Below are positions 1 to 7,737 of a stretch of 64,000 nucleotides of DNA, in pieces (position 1 is the stretch's first letter; every line of letters starts with the position of its first letter). The translations under genes and the position numbers were made by a program. The stretch is taken from NCBI GenBank assembly GCA_965222375.1, contig CBDCTZ010000012.1, positions 96,001 to 160,000 on the forward strand. Reading direction: 5' to 3'. The notes beneath the pieces are model-generated. The model saw nothing but the letters and a program-made list of their open reading frames with translations, was not told where the DNA came from and did not search any database. This DNA comes from Polyangiaceae bacterium (GTDB lineage Bacteria; Myxococcota_A; Polyangia; Polyangiales; Polyangiaceae).

Positions 1-261
1 GTCCAGGACGCCTTCGACCGCACCGGCGCGTTGCAGTGCGGCTTCTGCCAGCCCGGCATGATTTTGTCGACCCGGGCGCTTCTCAACAAGAACAAGCGCC
101 CGACAAGAGGCGAAATCCAACACGCACTGAGCGGCAACCTGTGCCGCTGCACGGGCTACACGCAGATCTTCGAGGCGGTCGAAATGGCGGCTGCGACCCT
201 TCGAGGCGAAGAACCTCCTGGGCCAGCCTGGCGCTTCGCGGACAGCGTGTCAGAGGAATAG
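1..261 (+). CDS. [2Fe-2S] small subunit of a xanthine dehydrogenase-family molybdoenzyme (HcrC/CoxS-like), 5'-truncated by the window edge
   Basis: QCGFCQPG and GNLCRCTGY motifs; frame open from base 1. Confidence 0.92.
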   Translation, partial: VQDAFDRTGALQCGFCQPGMILSTRALLNKNKRPTRGEIQHALSGNLCRCTGYTQIFEAVEMAAATLRGEEPPGPAWRFADSVSEE

Positions 262-263
262 AC

Positions 264-2618
264 ATGGGTGCCAGAGATCAGCACGGCGAAGGCCCGCCCT
301 GGGGCGACGACTTCAGCGTCGTCGGCAAGCCCGCGCGCAAGGTCGACGGCCTGGCCAAGGCCACGGGTGAGGCGGTTTACACCGACGACATCGTGCTGCC
401 CGGCATGCTGCACGCCAAGACTCTGCGCAGCCCCCACCCCCACGCGCGGATCAAGTGCATCGATGCCGAAAAAGCGTTGGCCATGCCCGGCGTGCACGCG
501 GTGATCACCGGGCAAGATTTGCCCATTCGCTACGGCGTGTTGCCCTGGACCCAAGACGAACACGCGCTCGCTCTCGACAAGGTGCGCTTCGTTGGTGATC
601 CGGTTGCTGCGGTCGCCGCGGTTGACGAAGACACGGCAAACGACGCGCTGGGCGCCATCGAGGTCGAATACGAGCTCTTGCCCACCCACTACGATCCCGT
701 GGAGTCCATGAACGCCGGCGCGCCGCTGATCCACGAGGACCGCAAGAGCAACGTCAGCAAGCACGTGCTGCTCGAGTTCGGAGACGTGGACAAGAGCCTC
801 GAGTCCGCGGACGTCGTGGTCGATGACGTCTACGAATTCCACGGCACCGCCCACGCCCCTATGGAGCCCCATTGCGCCGTGGCTCGGATGGGCGCGGACG
901 ACGTGCTCACGGTGTGGAGCTCCACCCAGATCACCCACTACGTGCACCGCACCCTGGCGCAGGTGCTCGAACTGCCCGAGCAAAAGGTGCGCGTGATTCA
1001 GCCCTGCCTGGGTGGCGGCTTCGGTGGCAAGAGCGACCCCTTCAGCTTCGAGCTCTGCGTCGCGAAGCTCGCCATGGTCACCGGCCGTCCCGTCAAGATG
1101 CTCTATACCCGCGAAGAGGTGTTCTACACCCATCGCGGGCGCCACCCGATGCATATGCGCTTCCGCACTGGCGCGACTCGGGATGGCAAGCTGCTTGGCC
1201 TCGACGCCAAGATCATCATCGATGGCGGCTCCTACAGCTCCTTCGGTCTGGTCACGACCTACTATTCCGGCCAGCTGCTCGCAGGTCCCTACGAGCTGGG
1301 AGCCATGCGCTTCGACTCGACCCGGGTGTTCACCAACAAGCCGCCCTGCGGCCCGAAGCGGGGCCACGGCGCCGTGCAGCCACGCTTTGCTTTCGAGGTG
1401 CAGCTGGACGAGCTGTGCCTGCGCCTGGGGGTCGACCCCATCGAGCTGCGTCGCAAGACCGCGTTGACCGGCAAGGTGCAGACCATCAACGGCCAGCGCA
1501 TCACCTCCAACGGTTTCACCCAGTGTCTGGATGCCGTGGAAAAGGCAAGCGGCTGGGCGAAGCGGCGCGGCAAGCTGCCCTACGGGCGCGGCCTGGGCGT
1601 GGCTGGCTCTACCTACATCTCTGGTACGAACTATCCCGTCTACCCGAACGAAATGCCTCAAGCCGGCATCATGCTGAAGGTCGATCGCTCCGGCCTGGTC
1701 ACGGCCTTCACCGGTGGCAACGATATCGGCCAAGGCTCGAGCACGGTGGTGCGCATGCTCGTCGCAGAAGAGCTCGGCCTCGAGTTGGACCACGTACGCG
1801 TCGTCGCGGCGGACACGGATCTCTGCCCGGTGGACCTGGGCGCTTACTCCAGCCGAGTGACCTTCATGGTCGGCAACGCCACCCTGGATGCCTGCCGCAA
1901 GCTACGCGCTCAAATCGTGCGCGCGGTTGCCGAGGAGTGGGAAGTCGACAAGTCCCGGGTGCGCATGGCTCAGGGGAGTGTGACGGATCGCAAGGACGCC
2001 GAGCATCTCATGTCCGTCAAAGACGCCTTCCGCCTGGCGGAGGCCAAGTTCGACACCCTCGGCGCCACCGGCGCTTACAATACGCCGAAGCTCGGCGGTG
2101 AGTATCGCGGCGGCACCATCGGCGCGTCGCCGGCGTATTCGTACACGGCCCACGTTGCGGAAGTCAGCGTGGATGTGGAGACCGGCCGCATTCACTGTGA
2201 CCGGATTTGGCTGGCCCACGATTGCGGCCGGGCACTGAACCCGACTCTGGTTGCGGGGCAGATGGACGGCTCCGCCTACATGGGGGCTGCCGAAGTCGTG
2301 ATGGAGCACCACGCGGTGGATGAGCGTGGCTTGCACTGCGGGCCGTCGCTGCTCGACTATCGCATCCCCACGTCCATGGACGTCCCGGAGCTCACTTCCC
2401 TCATCGTCGAGAGCGTCGACCCCGAGGGGCCCTATGGCGCCAAGGAGGCCGGGGAAGGGCCGCTGCATCCTTCGCTGCCGGCAATCGCCAACGCCGTCTA
2501 CGACGCGGTCGGGATCCGGATGCGCTCCCTACCCTTTACCCCCGCCAAAGTGCTTGCAGCCTTGCGCGCGGCCGAAGCCGAGCGCGAGCAAAAGACTGCC
2601 AGCGTCGGAGCCGAATAG
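264..2618 (+). CDS. Molybdopterin-binding large subunit, xanthine dehydrogenase family (4-hydroxybenzoyl-CoA reductase alpha-like)
   Basis: RSPHPHARI, GGGFGGK, DIGQG and GAKEAGEG motifs; ATG 264 just after the upstream stop, GAGGA SD. Confidence 0.92.
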   Translation: MGARDQHGEGPPWGDDFSVVGKPARKVDGLAKATGEAVYTDDIVLPGMLHAKTLRSPHPHARIKCIDAEKALAMPGVHAVITGQDLPIRYGVLPWTQDEHALALDKVRFVGDPVAAVAAVDEDTANDALGAIEVEYELLPTHYDPVESMNAGAPLIHEDRKSNVSKHVLLEFGDVDKSLESADVVVDDVYEFHGTAHAPMEPHCAVARMGADDVLTVWSSTQITHYVHRTLAQVLELPEQKVRVIQPCLGGGFGGKSDPFSFELCVAKLAMVTGRPVKMLYTREEVFYTHRGRHPMHMRFRTGATRDGKLLGLDAKIIIDGGSYSSFGLVTTYYSGQLLAGPYELGAMRFDSTRVFTNKPPCGPKRGHGAVQPRFAFEVQLDELCLRLGVDPIELRRKTALTGKVQTINGQRITSNGFTQCLDAVEKASGWAKRRGKLPYGRGLGVAGSTYISGTNYPVYPNEMPQAGIMLKVDRSGLVTAFTGGNDIGQGSSTVVRMLVAEELGLELDHVRVVAADTDLCPVDLGAYSSRVTFMVGNATLDACRKLRAQIVRAVAEEWEVDKSRVRMAQGSVTDRKDAEHLMSVKDAFRLAEAKFDTLGATGAYNTPKLGGEYRGGTIGASPAYSYTAHVAEVSVDVETGRIHCDRIWLAHDCGRALNPTLVAGQMDGSAYMGAAEVVMEHHAVDERGLHCGPSLLDYRIPTSMDVPELTSLIVESVDPEGPYGAKEAGEGPLHPSLPAIANAVYDAVGIRMRSLPFTPAKVLAALRAAEAEREQKTASVGAE

Positions 2619-3619
2619 TGCTGCGCCTACCGCGTTTCGGAGTCGTCACCCCCGACTCGGTCGAGGAAGTGGTCTCCCTCCTCACGGAGCACGGATCCGA
2701 TGCGCGGCTTATTGCTGGCGGCACGGATCTAGTGCCCAACCTCAAGCACCGGATTGAAGAGCCCAAGCTACTGATCAGCCTGGTGCGACTGTCGCAGCTG
2801 TCGGGCATTTGTTCCACGGACGAGGGCGGCTTCGAAGTCGGCGCCATGACCCGGCTGATCGACGTGGCCCATCACGCCGAATTGCGCCAGCGCGCGCCAG
2901 CGCTTGCGGCGGCGGCTGCGTGCGTTGCCGGTCCGCAGATCCGCAACATGGCCACCTTGGGTGGCAACGTGCTGCTCGACACGCGCTGTCGCTACATCAA
3001 CCAAACCCATTTCTGGCGCCAATCCCTGGGCTTTTGCCTCAAAAAAGACGGGACCCTGTGCCACGTGATCTCGGGCGGCAAGAAGTGCGTGGCGGCTGCG
3101 TCCAGCGACACGGTGCCGGCGCTGTTCACCTTGGGAGCAACCCTCAAGGCCGTGAGCGCCGAAGGCACGCGCCAACTTCCCATCGAAGAGCTGTACACCA
3201 CCGACGGCATCAAACACACCACGCTTCGTCCGGATGAGCTCCTGGTCTCGGTTCAACTCCCAGCGCAGAACCCCGGTCATCGCGGCGCCTACGAAAAGCT
3301 CCGCGACCGTGGTGCCATCGATTTCCCGGAGCTTGGCCTGGCCGTACGCCTGGATGTGCAGGACGACATCGTCGTCGGGGTCGATGTCGCAGTCACCGCT
3401 CTACAAGCCCGCCCCCGACGGGTGACCCGCATCGCCGATCTCATCGTGGGCAAGGCGGCCAGCGGCGCGGCCTTTTCCGACGCCGTGGAGCGCGTTGCCG
3501 AACGCGCCTTCGCGCAGTGTCACCCCATGCCCAACGTGCCTGGGGATAGCGACTACCGCCAAGAGATGGTGCGCGTCTTGTGCCGACGAGCGCTCATGGC
3601 TGCTGCAGGTCCGGCCTAA
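2618..3619 (+). CDS. FAD-binding subunit with a 4-Cys ([4Fe-4S]-type) insertion (4-hydroxybenzoyl-CoA reductase beta-like)
   Basis: IAGGTDL and QIRNMATLGGN motifs; insert CRYINQ..FCLKKDGTLCHV..KKC; start overlaps upstream stop. Confidence 0.88.
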   Translation: MLRLPRFGVVTPDSVEEVVSLLTEHGSDARLIAGGTDLVPNLKHRIEEPKLLISLVRLSQLSGICSTDEGGFEVGAMTRLIDVAHHAELRQRAPALAAAAACVAGPQIRNMATLGGNVLLDTRCRYINQTHFWRQSLGFCLKKDGTLCHVISGGKKCVAAASSDTVPALFTLGATLKAVSAEGTRQLPIEELYTTDGIKHTTLRPDELLVSVQLPAQNPGHRGAYEKLRDRGAIDFPELGLAVRLDVQDDIVVGVDVAVTALQARPRRVTRIADLIVGKAASGAAFSDAVERVAERAFAQCHPMPNVPGDSDYRQEMVRVLCRRALMAAAGPA

Positions 3620-4209
3620 TGCCTGTGATCGGAGTCGTCCTTGCGGCGGGACAAAGCAAACGCGCCCATGCGCCCAAAGCGCTGTTCGAACTCGACGAGG
3701 ACACCCTGGTCGAGCGCGCCATTGGCACGCTGTTGCGAGCTGGCATCGGCCAAGTTTGCCTCGTCGTCGGCCCGCCCCATGCCGACGCCATCCGCGCAGT
3801 CGTGGGCGGTGTCACCTGGCTCGACAACCCTGACCCCAGCCGCGGCATGTTCTCCTCGGTGCAGGTCGCGGCGAGTCACGCTCTGGCGCAACCCGATGTG
3901 TCCGGCCTGGTGCTCTCCCTGCTCGACCACCCACGGGTCAAGCCCGACACAGTGCGCGCCCTGCTCGCCGGTGGCAAAGAAGGCGCCGATGTGGCCCGCC
4001 CCGTGCGCCGAGGCCAGCGCGGACACCCCATATTTCTCTCCCGCGCCGCCCTCAAAGCGATCTCCAAAGCCACGCCGGACGAGCGCCTCTCCGACATCAT
4101 CCGCGAGCAACCCACGCTGCTCGACGTCGAGGTGAACGACGAAGGCGTCCTGGACGATCTAGATACGGCGGTCGAGTTGCTCCAAGCCGGCGCCCGTTCC
4201 CCCGACTGA
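3619..4209 (+). CDS. Molybdenum cofactor cytidylyltransferase-like (MocA/NTP transferase)
   Basis: VVLAAGQSKR, GMFSS, DHP, RGHP and DLDT motifs; TAATG coupling to the FAD subunit gene. Confidence 0.85.
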   Translation: MPVIGVVLAAGQSKRAHAPKALFELDEDTLVERAIGTLLRAGIGQVCLVVGPPHADAIRAVVGGVTWLDNPDPSRGMFSSVQVAASHALAQPDVSGLVLSLLDHPRVKPDTVRALLAGGKEGADVARPVRRGQRGHPIFLSRAALKAISKATPDERLSDIIREQPTLLDVEVNDEGVLDDLDTAVELLQAGARSPD

Positions 4210-4274
4210 GTGAGATTTGGTTTTTGGGGTCGAGCGCTGGGGCGGCGTTGGGCCCCTACTCTCGAATTAGGCCC

Positions 4275-4365
4275 GGCGGGGGCGCTGGGGGCGAGCTCGG
4301 GCGCGAGCGTGAGGGCGAGCGCGGGCGTAGGCGTCGTGAGATCGTACTCGTGCTCGTACTCGTAG
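4275..4365 (+). repeat. Degenerate hexamer tandem tract (GCGAGC/GCGGGC/GTGAGG, then TCGTAC/TCGTGC)
   Basis: Visible 6-nt periodicity; same family at 4588-4614 plus 6107-6149, 6665-6722, 7660-7737, 58905-59025 (reverse) and 60951-61083. Confidence 0.75.
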
Positions 4366-4382
4366 TGGATCGTCCTCCCTTG

Positions 4383-4480
4383 GTGAGTTTGATTCTGTCT
4401 GCGTGCTCGATCGCGTCAAGGCCTTCGCCGGCTACGCCGGTGGCTGCTTCGCAGCCAGCCTTGACGCGATCTGCGCGACA
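4383..4480. repeat. Structured repeat copy 1 (Y-shaped three-way hairpin)
   Basis: Perfect 14-bp stem 4409-4422/4458-4471 enclosing CCGGC-TAC-GCCGG and TGGCTGC-TTC-GCAGCCA; second copy at 6159-6260. Confidence 0.85.
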
Positions 4481-4614
4481 TGGACCTAGGAGAACTGCGG
4501 CTTACCGAAGTCGCCTGACCAATACGTAACCCAAAACCCGCTCAACCCGTCAGCCGGGATAGAGGTACCTATGTCCTGTCCTGCTCCGGGCGTGAGCGTG
4601 AGCACGGGCGAGGG

Positions 4615-6106
4615 CTCAAGATCTATCACATCTTGCCAAGCGCAAAGGGCTGTGATCAAAGCTTCAAATGGCTGAAGGAAAGCGGATCGCTTGGGTTGAA
4701 AAAGACTTTGGAGGCGCGGAGCTCGGGGACGCGAGACGTTCTGCCCGGTTGCTCCAAGTGGTTGACGCGGTTGCACGGCAGCCCGGCCTGGGATTCCCTC
4801 GTGCCTTCGAATCCACTGCCGAATTGGAGGGCTTCTATCGATTTATCAACAACGACGCGTTCGACGGACAGGCAGTTCTGAAGCCGCATCGAAAAGCAAC
4901 GCAGGCACGTGCGGAAGCTTCCGACGGCGTGCTGTTCATTCACGACACGACGACGGTTGAGTTTCGGGGAGAGGGAACGCGCGAAGGGCTAGGATATACG
5001 ACCGCTCTTGGTCGTCAGGGATTCATGGCCCATGTGTCGCTGTGTATCAGCGCCTCGAGTGGTCTTCCTCTCGGGATCAGCAACATCGAGACTTACACAC
5101 GCACCGGGAAGACTTGGAGAAAACGAAAGAAGAAGCGGTCCGCAAGGCGTGACGGTGAGCCGCGCGAATCGGCACGATGGTTGCGTGGCGTGACTGCGTC
5201 GGAAACGGAGGCGCTTCGAGGCCGAGCAATCCACATCATGGATGCCGAGGCGGACTTCTTCGACCTCATGCGGCAGCTGACGAGCGAATCTTCGCGATTT
5301 GTCATCCGCGCTGGGCAGCTGGAGCGCCTCGTGCACGACGAAGGTGAACTCGTCCACCTACGCCAAGCGGTTGATGGACTCAAAGCCGTTGCACATCGAG
5401 ACGTCTTCTTGAGCGAGCGGAAACGGAACGTGAAAACGCAGGGAGCAAAAGGCCGGAAGAAGCACCCACCGCGAGACGCGCGAACCGCCCGTGTTGCCAT
5501 TGCTGGAACAACTGTTTCCTTCGGAAAGACCCGGTACACGCGCCATGCGGGAGGGAGTTTCGAGCTGAATGTCGTGCGTGCATGGGAGGTCTCTCCACCA
5601 CCGGGCGAGGACCCCGTTGATTGGATTCTTCTCACGTCCGAGCCGGTAGGAACCCAAGCGCAGCTCAAAAGAATCGCCGACCTGTATTGCAAGCGATGGA
5701 CGATTGAGGACTACTTCAAAGCGCTAAAAACAGGCTGTTCACTCGAACGAAGGCAGGTGGAGTCCTACGATGCGCTCCGCAAGGTCCTGGCAATTCTTGC
5801 CCCCATCGCATGCCGGCTTCTCTGGCTGCGAGCGATGGACCGAACGAATTCCAACGCGCCGGCAGCCAGTGCATTTGATGCAGTGAGTCTCGAACTGCTC
5901 CAACGAGACCGTGCAACCCGCGGCATGCGTCCGCCAAGAACAGTAGGTGATGCCGTCGCCCTACTTGCCCGGCTGGGTGGCCATATCAAGAACAACGGGC
6001 CACCGGGTTGGATGACGCTGGGGCGCGGCTACGAAAAGCTTCTGCTCCTGAAAGCTGGGTGGCACATGGCCTTCGATTCCATCCAGAAAAAGTGATCAAT
6101 CATGAG
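4615..6106 (+). mobile_element. IS4-family (IS50/Tn5-like) insertion sequence, about 1.49 kb
   Basis: Imperfect 15-bp terminal IRs CTCAAGATCTATCAC (4615-4629) and GTGATCAATCATGAG (6092-6106), 12/15 match; flanks CGGGCGAGGG/CGGGCGTGGG form a 10-bp direct repeat with one mismatch. Confidence 0.88.
4668..6095 (+). CDS. IS4-family DDE transposase
   Basis: LGDARR N-terminus, HDTT, MDAEAD, YCKRWTIEDYFKALK (YREK motif), LARLGG..GPPG C-terminus; stop lies inside the right IR. Confidence 0.95.
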   Translation: MAEGKRIAWVEKDFGGAELGDARRSARLLQVVDAVARQPGLGFPRAFESTAELEGFYRFINNDAFDGQAVLKPHRKATQARAEASDGVLFIHDTTTVEFRGEGTREGLGYTTALGRQGFMAHVSLCISASSGLPLGISNIETYTRTGKTWRKRKKKRSARRDGEPRESARWLRGVTASETEALRGRAIHIMDAEADFFDLMRQLTSESSRFVIRAGQLERLVHDEGELVHLRQAVDGLKAVAHRDVFLSERKRNVKTQGAKGRKKHPPRDARTARVAIAGTTVSFGKTRYTRHAGGSFELNVVRAWEVSPPPGEDPVDWILLTSEPVGTQAQLKRIADLYCKRWTIEDYFKALKTGCSLERRQVESYDALRKVLAILAPIACRLLWLRAMDRTNSNAPAASAFDAVSLELLQRDRATRGMRPPRTVGDAVALLARLGGHIKNNGPPGWMTLGRGYEKLLLLKAGWHMAFDSIQKK

Positions 6107-6158
6107 CGGGCGTGGGCGGGAGCGCGTGGGCGGGCGCGGGCGTGTGGGCTATCCGCTT

Positions 6159-6260
6159 GTGAGTTTGATTCTGCCGGCGTGCTCGGTCGGTTCAAGGCCT
6201 TCGCCGGCTGCGCCGGTGGCTGCTTCGCAGCCAGCCTTGAGCCGACCTCCGCTCACCGGC
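6159..6260. repeat. Structured repeat copy 2 (Y-shaped three-way hairpin)
   Basis: Stem 6185-6198/6234-6247 with compensatory substitutions relative to copy 1; same two inner hairpins. Confidence 0.85.
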
Positions 6261-6317
6261 GTGTGGGGTGGATGTCTTGAAAAGCGCGCTCGGCAGCGCG
6301 CAGAAAGGAACCTCCCC

Positions 6318-6641
6318 ATGCTCCGTATCTATCCAGTCAGTATTCAAGTGGCTCGGGAAGCTCGGCTGTTTGCCGACCGCATCGCTCGCTTCGACCGCGC
6401 GGCATCGGTGCAGCTGCGCAAGTCTCTTGGCTCGGTGGTCAACAACCTCGCGGAAGGCTCCGGCCTTCGTGCGGGGCGGCGAAGGCTTGCGTATGAAATC
6501 GCACTGGGCGAAGCACGAGAAGCGCTGGCCATTCTCGAGTTCGGCGAAGCCATGGGCTACTCGCCTCCCGTGCCTGCCGAGCTCCGCGCTCGCTTCAACC
6601 ACATCATCGGAACCCTAGTTCGAGTCGTGCACCGCCCCTAG
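6318..6641 (+). CDS. Four helix bundle protein (TIGR02436 / 23S rRNA IVP / bAvd-like)
   Basis: 107 aa; LRIY..QLRKSLGSVVNNLAEG..IALGEARE pattern; AAAGGA SD. Confidence 0.8.
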   Translation: MLRIYPVSIQVAREARLFADRIARFDRAASVQLRKSLGSVVNNLAEGSGLRAGRRRLAYEIALGEAREALAILEFGEAMGYSPPVPAELRARFNHIIGTLVRVVHRP

Positions 6642-6664
6642 CGTCCGCTGATTCAGAACTCACA

Positions 6665-6722
6665 GCGGAGCGTGAGGGCGAGCGCGGGCGTGTGGGCGGG
6701 CGCGGGCGTGGGGGCGAGCGCC
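6665..6722 (+). repeat. Hexamer tandem tract between the convergent four-helix-bundle genes
   Basis: GCGTGAGGGCGAGCGCGGGCGTGTGGGCGGGCGCGGGCGTGGGGGCGAGCG; reverse complement closely matches 58988-59020. Confidence 0.8.
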
Positions 6723-6766
6723 GGGGTTCGCGGTCGTGTTTCCCTTGCGCCGTGAAGCTCGAATGC

Positions 6767-7114
6767 TCACCGCGAGAGCGCGGTGAGCATGGCGTAGAGC
6801 GCGTTGCCGCGGTCGAGCACCCGTGGCAGCGCCTGCGCGGACGCATCGCCGGCCTCCACGGCGATTTCCGTGATGGCGATGGCCTCGACCACTTCGCCCC
6901 GAGCAATGCCGAAAACGCGAGCTTTATCCGCCCGCGACACGCGCCCTGTAGCTTCCGCCAAGTTCCGACACACCCCCTTCGCAGCGCGGATGGCTTGATC
7001 GCGGTCCACGCGGTCCCGGAGATTCGCGGCCTTCACAGCACGCAAGAACTCCAGCGCAACCCGATACGCCCGCAAACGATGATGCGGCAGTAATGATGTT
7101 GTGGATGCATTCAT
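6767..7114 (-). CDS. Four helix bundle protein (TIGR02436 / bAvd-like)
   Basis: 115 aa; HHRLRAYRVA..DQAIRAA..NLAEATGR..IARGE; AAGGAGG SD; close paralogue at 58494-58892. Confidence 0.85.
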   Translation of the reverse strand: MNASTTSLLPHHRLRAYRVALEFLRAVKAANLRDRVDRDQAIRAAKGVCRNLAEATGRVSRADKARVFGIARGEVVEAIAITEIAVEAGDASAQALPRVLDRGNALYAMLTALSR

Positions 7115-7120
7115 AGTGAA

Positions 7121-7154
7121 TCAAAACCTCCTTCACCCCAGAAGGAGGTTTTGA
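7121..7154 (-). promoter_or_regulatory. 14-bp hairpin sequestering the SD of the 6767-7114 gene
   Basis: TCAAAACCTCCTTC-N6-GAAGGAGGTTTTGA perfect inverted repeat ending 6 nt before the ATG. Confidence 0.75.
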
Positions 7155-7283
7155 AAACTGTGGCGGTGCGCGTTGGCGGTCGCTTTTACCGGGACTGGCG
7201 GCGCAACCCCCAAGTGCCAGCGAAAGCTGGCGCGGGGTTGCCAAGCTCCGCCGCAAGAACCGCACCCCACCGCACCGCGCGAG

Positions 7284-7635
7284 CGTCCGCGTCCTGCGTC
7301 CTGCGTCCAACGTCCTGCGTCCAACGTCCTGCGTCCAACGTCCCGCGTCCCCGTCCAACGTCCGCGTCTAGCGTCCGCGTCCAACGTCCAACGTCCCGCG
7401 TCCCCCTTCCCCGTCCAACGTCCCCGTCCAACGTCCGCGTCCAACGTCCGCGTCCAAACGTCCGCGTCTGCGTCCAAACGTCCGCGTCTGCGTCCAAACG
7501 TCCGCGTCTGCGTCCAAACGTCCGCGTCTGCGTCCAAACGTCCGCGTCTGCGTCCAAACGTCCGCGTCTGCGTCCAAACGTCCGCGTCTGCGTCCGCGTC
7601 CAGCGTCCGCGTCTGCGTTCAACGCTTACGTCCCG
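7284..7635 (+). repeat. CGTCC-based tandem array including 7 perfect 20-mers
   Basis: (CGTCCAAACGTCCGCGTCTG)x7 at 7451-7590, flanked by degenerate 6-7-nt CGTCC units. Confidence 0.95.
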
Positions 7636-7659
7636 CGTCTCTCCCGTTGAGCGACGTCC

Positions 7660-7737
7660 GAGCACAAGCGTGAGGGCGAGCCTGTGCGTGAGCGCGGGGG
7701 CGAGCGCGAGCGCGGGCGCGGGGGCGAGCGCGCGCCG
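7660..7737 (+). repeat. Hexamer tandem tract (GCGAGC/GCGGGC family)
   Basis: 6-nt periodic purine-rich tract. Confidence 0.75.

Noticed and set aside
156..1793. Long antisense or alternate-frame ORFs (also 31856-33247, 56988-58337, 59061-60068, 62083-63459)
   Set aside because: Shadow ORFs of well-supported genes in high-GC DNA
4383..4480. tRNA gene
   Set aside because: Only two inner arms with 3-nt loops; no anticodon loop or T-loop GTTCRA
4383..6260. Y-hairpin repeats as ends of a composite transposon
   Set aside because: The IS has its own IRs at 4615 and 6106; the hairpins lie outside them in direct orientation and appear to predate the insertion
6318..7114. Diversity-generating retroelement or 23S rRNA intervening sequence
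   Set aside because: No reverse transcriptase, no TR/VR pair with adenine-specific mismatches and no rRNA in the window
7451..7590. CRISPR array
   Set aside because: Repeats are head-to-tail with no unique spacers, and there are no cas genes in the window
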